Assembly (NCBI GenBank): GCA_040954595.2
Contig: CM082582.2
Span: forward strand, 8,124,063-8,188,062
Source of the DNA: Balanoglossus misakiensis
Lineage: Eukaryota; Animalia; Hemichordata
Direction of reading: 5' to 3'
Length of the DNA: 64,000 nucleotides
The notes under the pieces are model-generated. The model made no database searches and was not told where the DNA came from. It worked only from the letters and a program-made list of their open reading frames with translations. The translations under genes and the position numbers were made by a program. Shown here piece by piece: positions 63,751-64,000 of this stretch. Position 1 is the first letter of the stretch. Every line of letters begins with the position of its first letter.

Positions 63751-64000
63751 ATGTTGTCTTTCGTGCGAAAGCGGAATTTTTGCCCGTTCGTCCTCCTCCT
63801 CCTGTTCTGGTGTCGGTCGTCTGCTGCGGATGCGAGCGTCCACAACAATCACAGTGCGACCGTGGCTTACACGATCGCCACGGAGGAGCATCATCTTGGC
63901 GAGGAAGCCGATGCCGAGGGACACCGCGCTGAAGCTCCCGAGCGGTACCCCGTGGCTGATCTGAACTGGCATCACGTCGAGACCCCGTATTTGATCTCAC
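63751..64000 (+). CDS. SLC9A: Second Na+/H+ exchanger (tandem paralogue), exon 1, truncated by the window end
   Basis: MLSFVRKRNFCPFVLLLLFWCRSSAA...[20 protein letters not shown] aligns with [20 protein letters not shown] in exon 1 of the first NHE and has a signal-peptide-like N-terminus. Confidence 0.9.
   Translation, partial: MLSFVRKRNFCPFVLLLLFWCRSSAADASVHNNHSATVAYTIATEEHHLGEEADAEGHRAEAPERYPVADLNWHHVETPYLIS

Noticed and set aside
63659-64000. Minus-strand ORFs at the window end
   Set aside because: Antisense shadows of exon 1 of the second NHE gene on the + strand.

Overview
This is eukaryotic (metazoan) genomic DNA: AT-rich introns, GT-AG spliced genes and GC3-rich exons. An invertebrate deuterostome is a guess only. 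Four + strand genes can be built by hand with phase-consistent splice junctions. (1) An RREB1/hindsight orthologue (about 8955-14869) with 20 C2H2 fingers and two CtBP-binding motifs, almost all in one 4.95-kb exon. (2) An unrecognised multi-exon gene (18519-35162) encoding a low-complexity protein with a basic N-part and acidic C-part. It has two mutually exclusive 3' ends and probably an alternative first coding exon. (3) A plasma-membrane-type Na+/H+ exchanger (SLC9A1-5 clade, 37367-59281) whose cytoplasmic tail is built from cassette exons and ends in either of two different PDZ-binding motifs (DTFV or ESTV). (4) The first exon of a second, tandem NHE paralogue (63751 to window end), which is missing from the ORF track. 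Non-coding features include a TTAA-flanked piggyBac-like MITE family, a 74-bp foldback element with target-site duplication, a 41-bp x3 repeat carrying YY1/CTCF-like motifs, microsatellites and several RFX X-boxes. All gene models are manual and have no transcript or database support.
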